NCBI RefSeq assembly: GCF_036321535.1
Contig: NC_087447.1
Coordinates: 43,774,001 to 43,838,000, forward strand
Length of the DNA: 64,000 bases
Direction: 5' to 3'
Source of the DNA: Camelus dromedarius
Lineage: Eukaryota
Numbering within the stretch: the stretch's first letter is position 1; every line of letters starts with the position of its first letter. Shown one piece after another: positions 63,090 to 64,000 of the stretch. Made by a program: the position numbers and the translations under genes. The notes below the pieces were generated by a model that made no database searches, was not told the origin of the DNA, and saw only the letters and a list, made by a program, of their open reading frames with translations.

Positions 63090-63300
63090 TTCTAATTGAA
63101 GTATAGTTGATTTATAATACTCTGTTAGTTTTAGGTGTACAGCATAGTGACTCAGCATTTTTATAGATTATACTCCATTAAAAGTTATTATAAGATAATG
63201 GCTATAATCCCTATACTACATCCTGGTTGCTTATCTACTTTATACACAGTAGTTTGTGTCTCTTAATCCCATACTCCTCATCTGCCCCTCCCCCCATCCC
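63090..63300 (-). mobile_element. L1 3' end fragment
   Basis: aattgaagtatagttgatttataatactctgttagttttaggtgtacagcatagtgactcag...tactccattaaaagttattataagataatggctata. Confidence 0.9.
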
Positions 63301-64000
63301 TCTGTTCTTTGCATGAAGAGTATTCTGATTTATCCTGCCAGCAAAGCAACTCAGGAACTTGTCAGATCCTATGTTTTCAACCAAAGATTTCCAGGGACTG
63401 TCTTCTCAGTGAGCTTCTCCCCACAATGAGACTATGCCTCTGCACTCATGCAGGCCTTGTTTCAGGAGAGCATCACCTCTCTACCTGTGGTACTCCCAGA
63501 GGGGGGTCATGTCTGCTAAGCCCCACACATCTGCTTCTCAGTGCATCTCAGCCTCGGATGCACAGCTTCCCAGGCAGGCACAGTGCATTAATCTGCCCAT
63601 TTCTAAGTGGTCGGTTGACATGCTTGGGTGTCTGCTGACATGCTCTGGGTTCGTGTTTGTTCTCTGTGTAGGAGGCATCAGGACACCTCGGGCCACTGAC
63701 AGCTGGGCTTCTGGTCTTCCCTCCTGTGACACCGCCTGTCCTGAAACTCTTTTTTCGACATCCCACTTAATATCATTCATAACAACGGGTCTCAGGGATT
63801 ATCTGTTTTGTTGTGTCATTTCCCTTGCATTAAGGGACTAACTCATCAATCATCAGTTTCCCGCCTCTCTGTAAGATCGTCTGCATGCTTGGCTAAGAAT
63901 GGTTTCTTCTGATATGTGAAGCTAAGGGTTCACAGCCTCAGCTAAACATCAACCTGATCTTTTGAGGCAGTTGTTGATCTTTGGGCTTTTTCTCAGTCTT

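Overview
Mammalian genomic DNA, very probably a camelid (camel/alpaca lineage), judged from about 13 copies of a tRNA-Ala-derived SINE matching the camelid Vic-1 family. The window is the SYT9-OLFML1-PPFIBP2 neighbourhood read in reverse. It holds the complete three-exon OLFML1 coding region on the minus strand (18147-18022, 15754-15466, 4708-3918; 401 aa). It also holds the terminal exon of SYT9 (acceptor at 37935-37936, coding only Lys-Arg-stop, then a ~2-2.4 kb 3'UTR) with at least 26 kb of its last intron, and at the left edge a CpG-rich region consistent with the upstream part of the PPFIBP2 promoter. The rest is dense in repeats (SINEs, L1 3' ends, L2/MIR, MaLR and ERV LTRs). I see no new protein-coding system. 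Three structures stand out. (1) A complex template-switch scar at 56.2-58.4 kb: an ERV1-type solo LTR carries a mosaic insert copied from two separate downstream segments, and a ~95% identical 117/129-bp inverted duplication begins exactly at the LTR edge. (2) A 1.27-kb retroposed mRNA-3'-end-like insertion (or L1 3' transduction) with a perfect 12-bp TSD between OLFML1 and the PPFIBP2 promoter. (3) A 36-bp templated copy next to a (TG)n/(CA)n palindrome in OLFML1 intron 2. Gene and repeat names come from recalled sequences, not database searches, and repeat boundaries are approximate.
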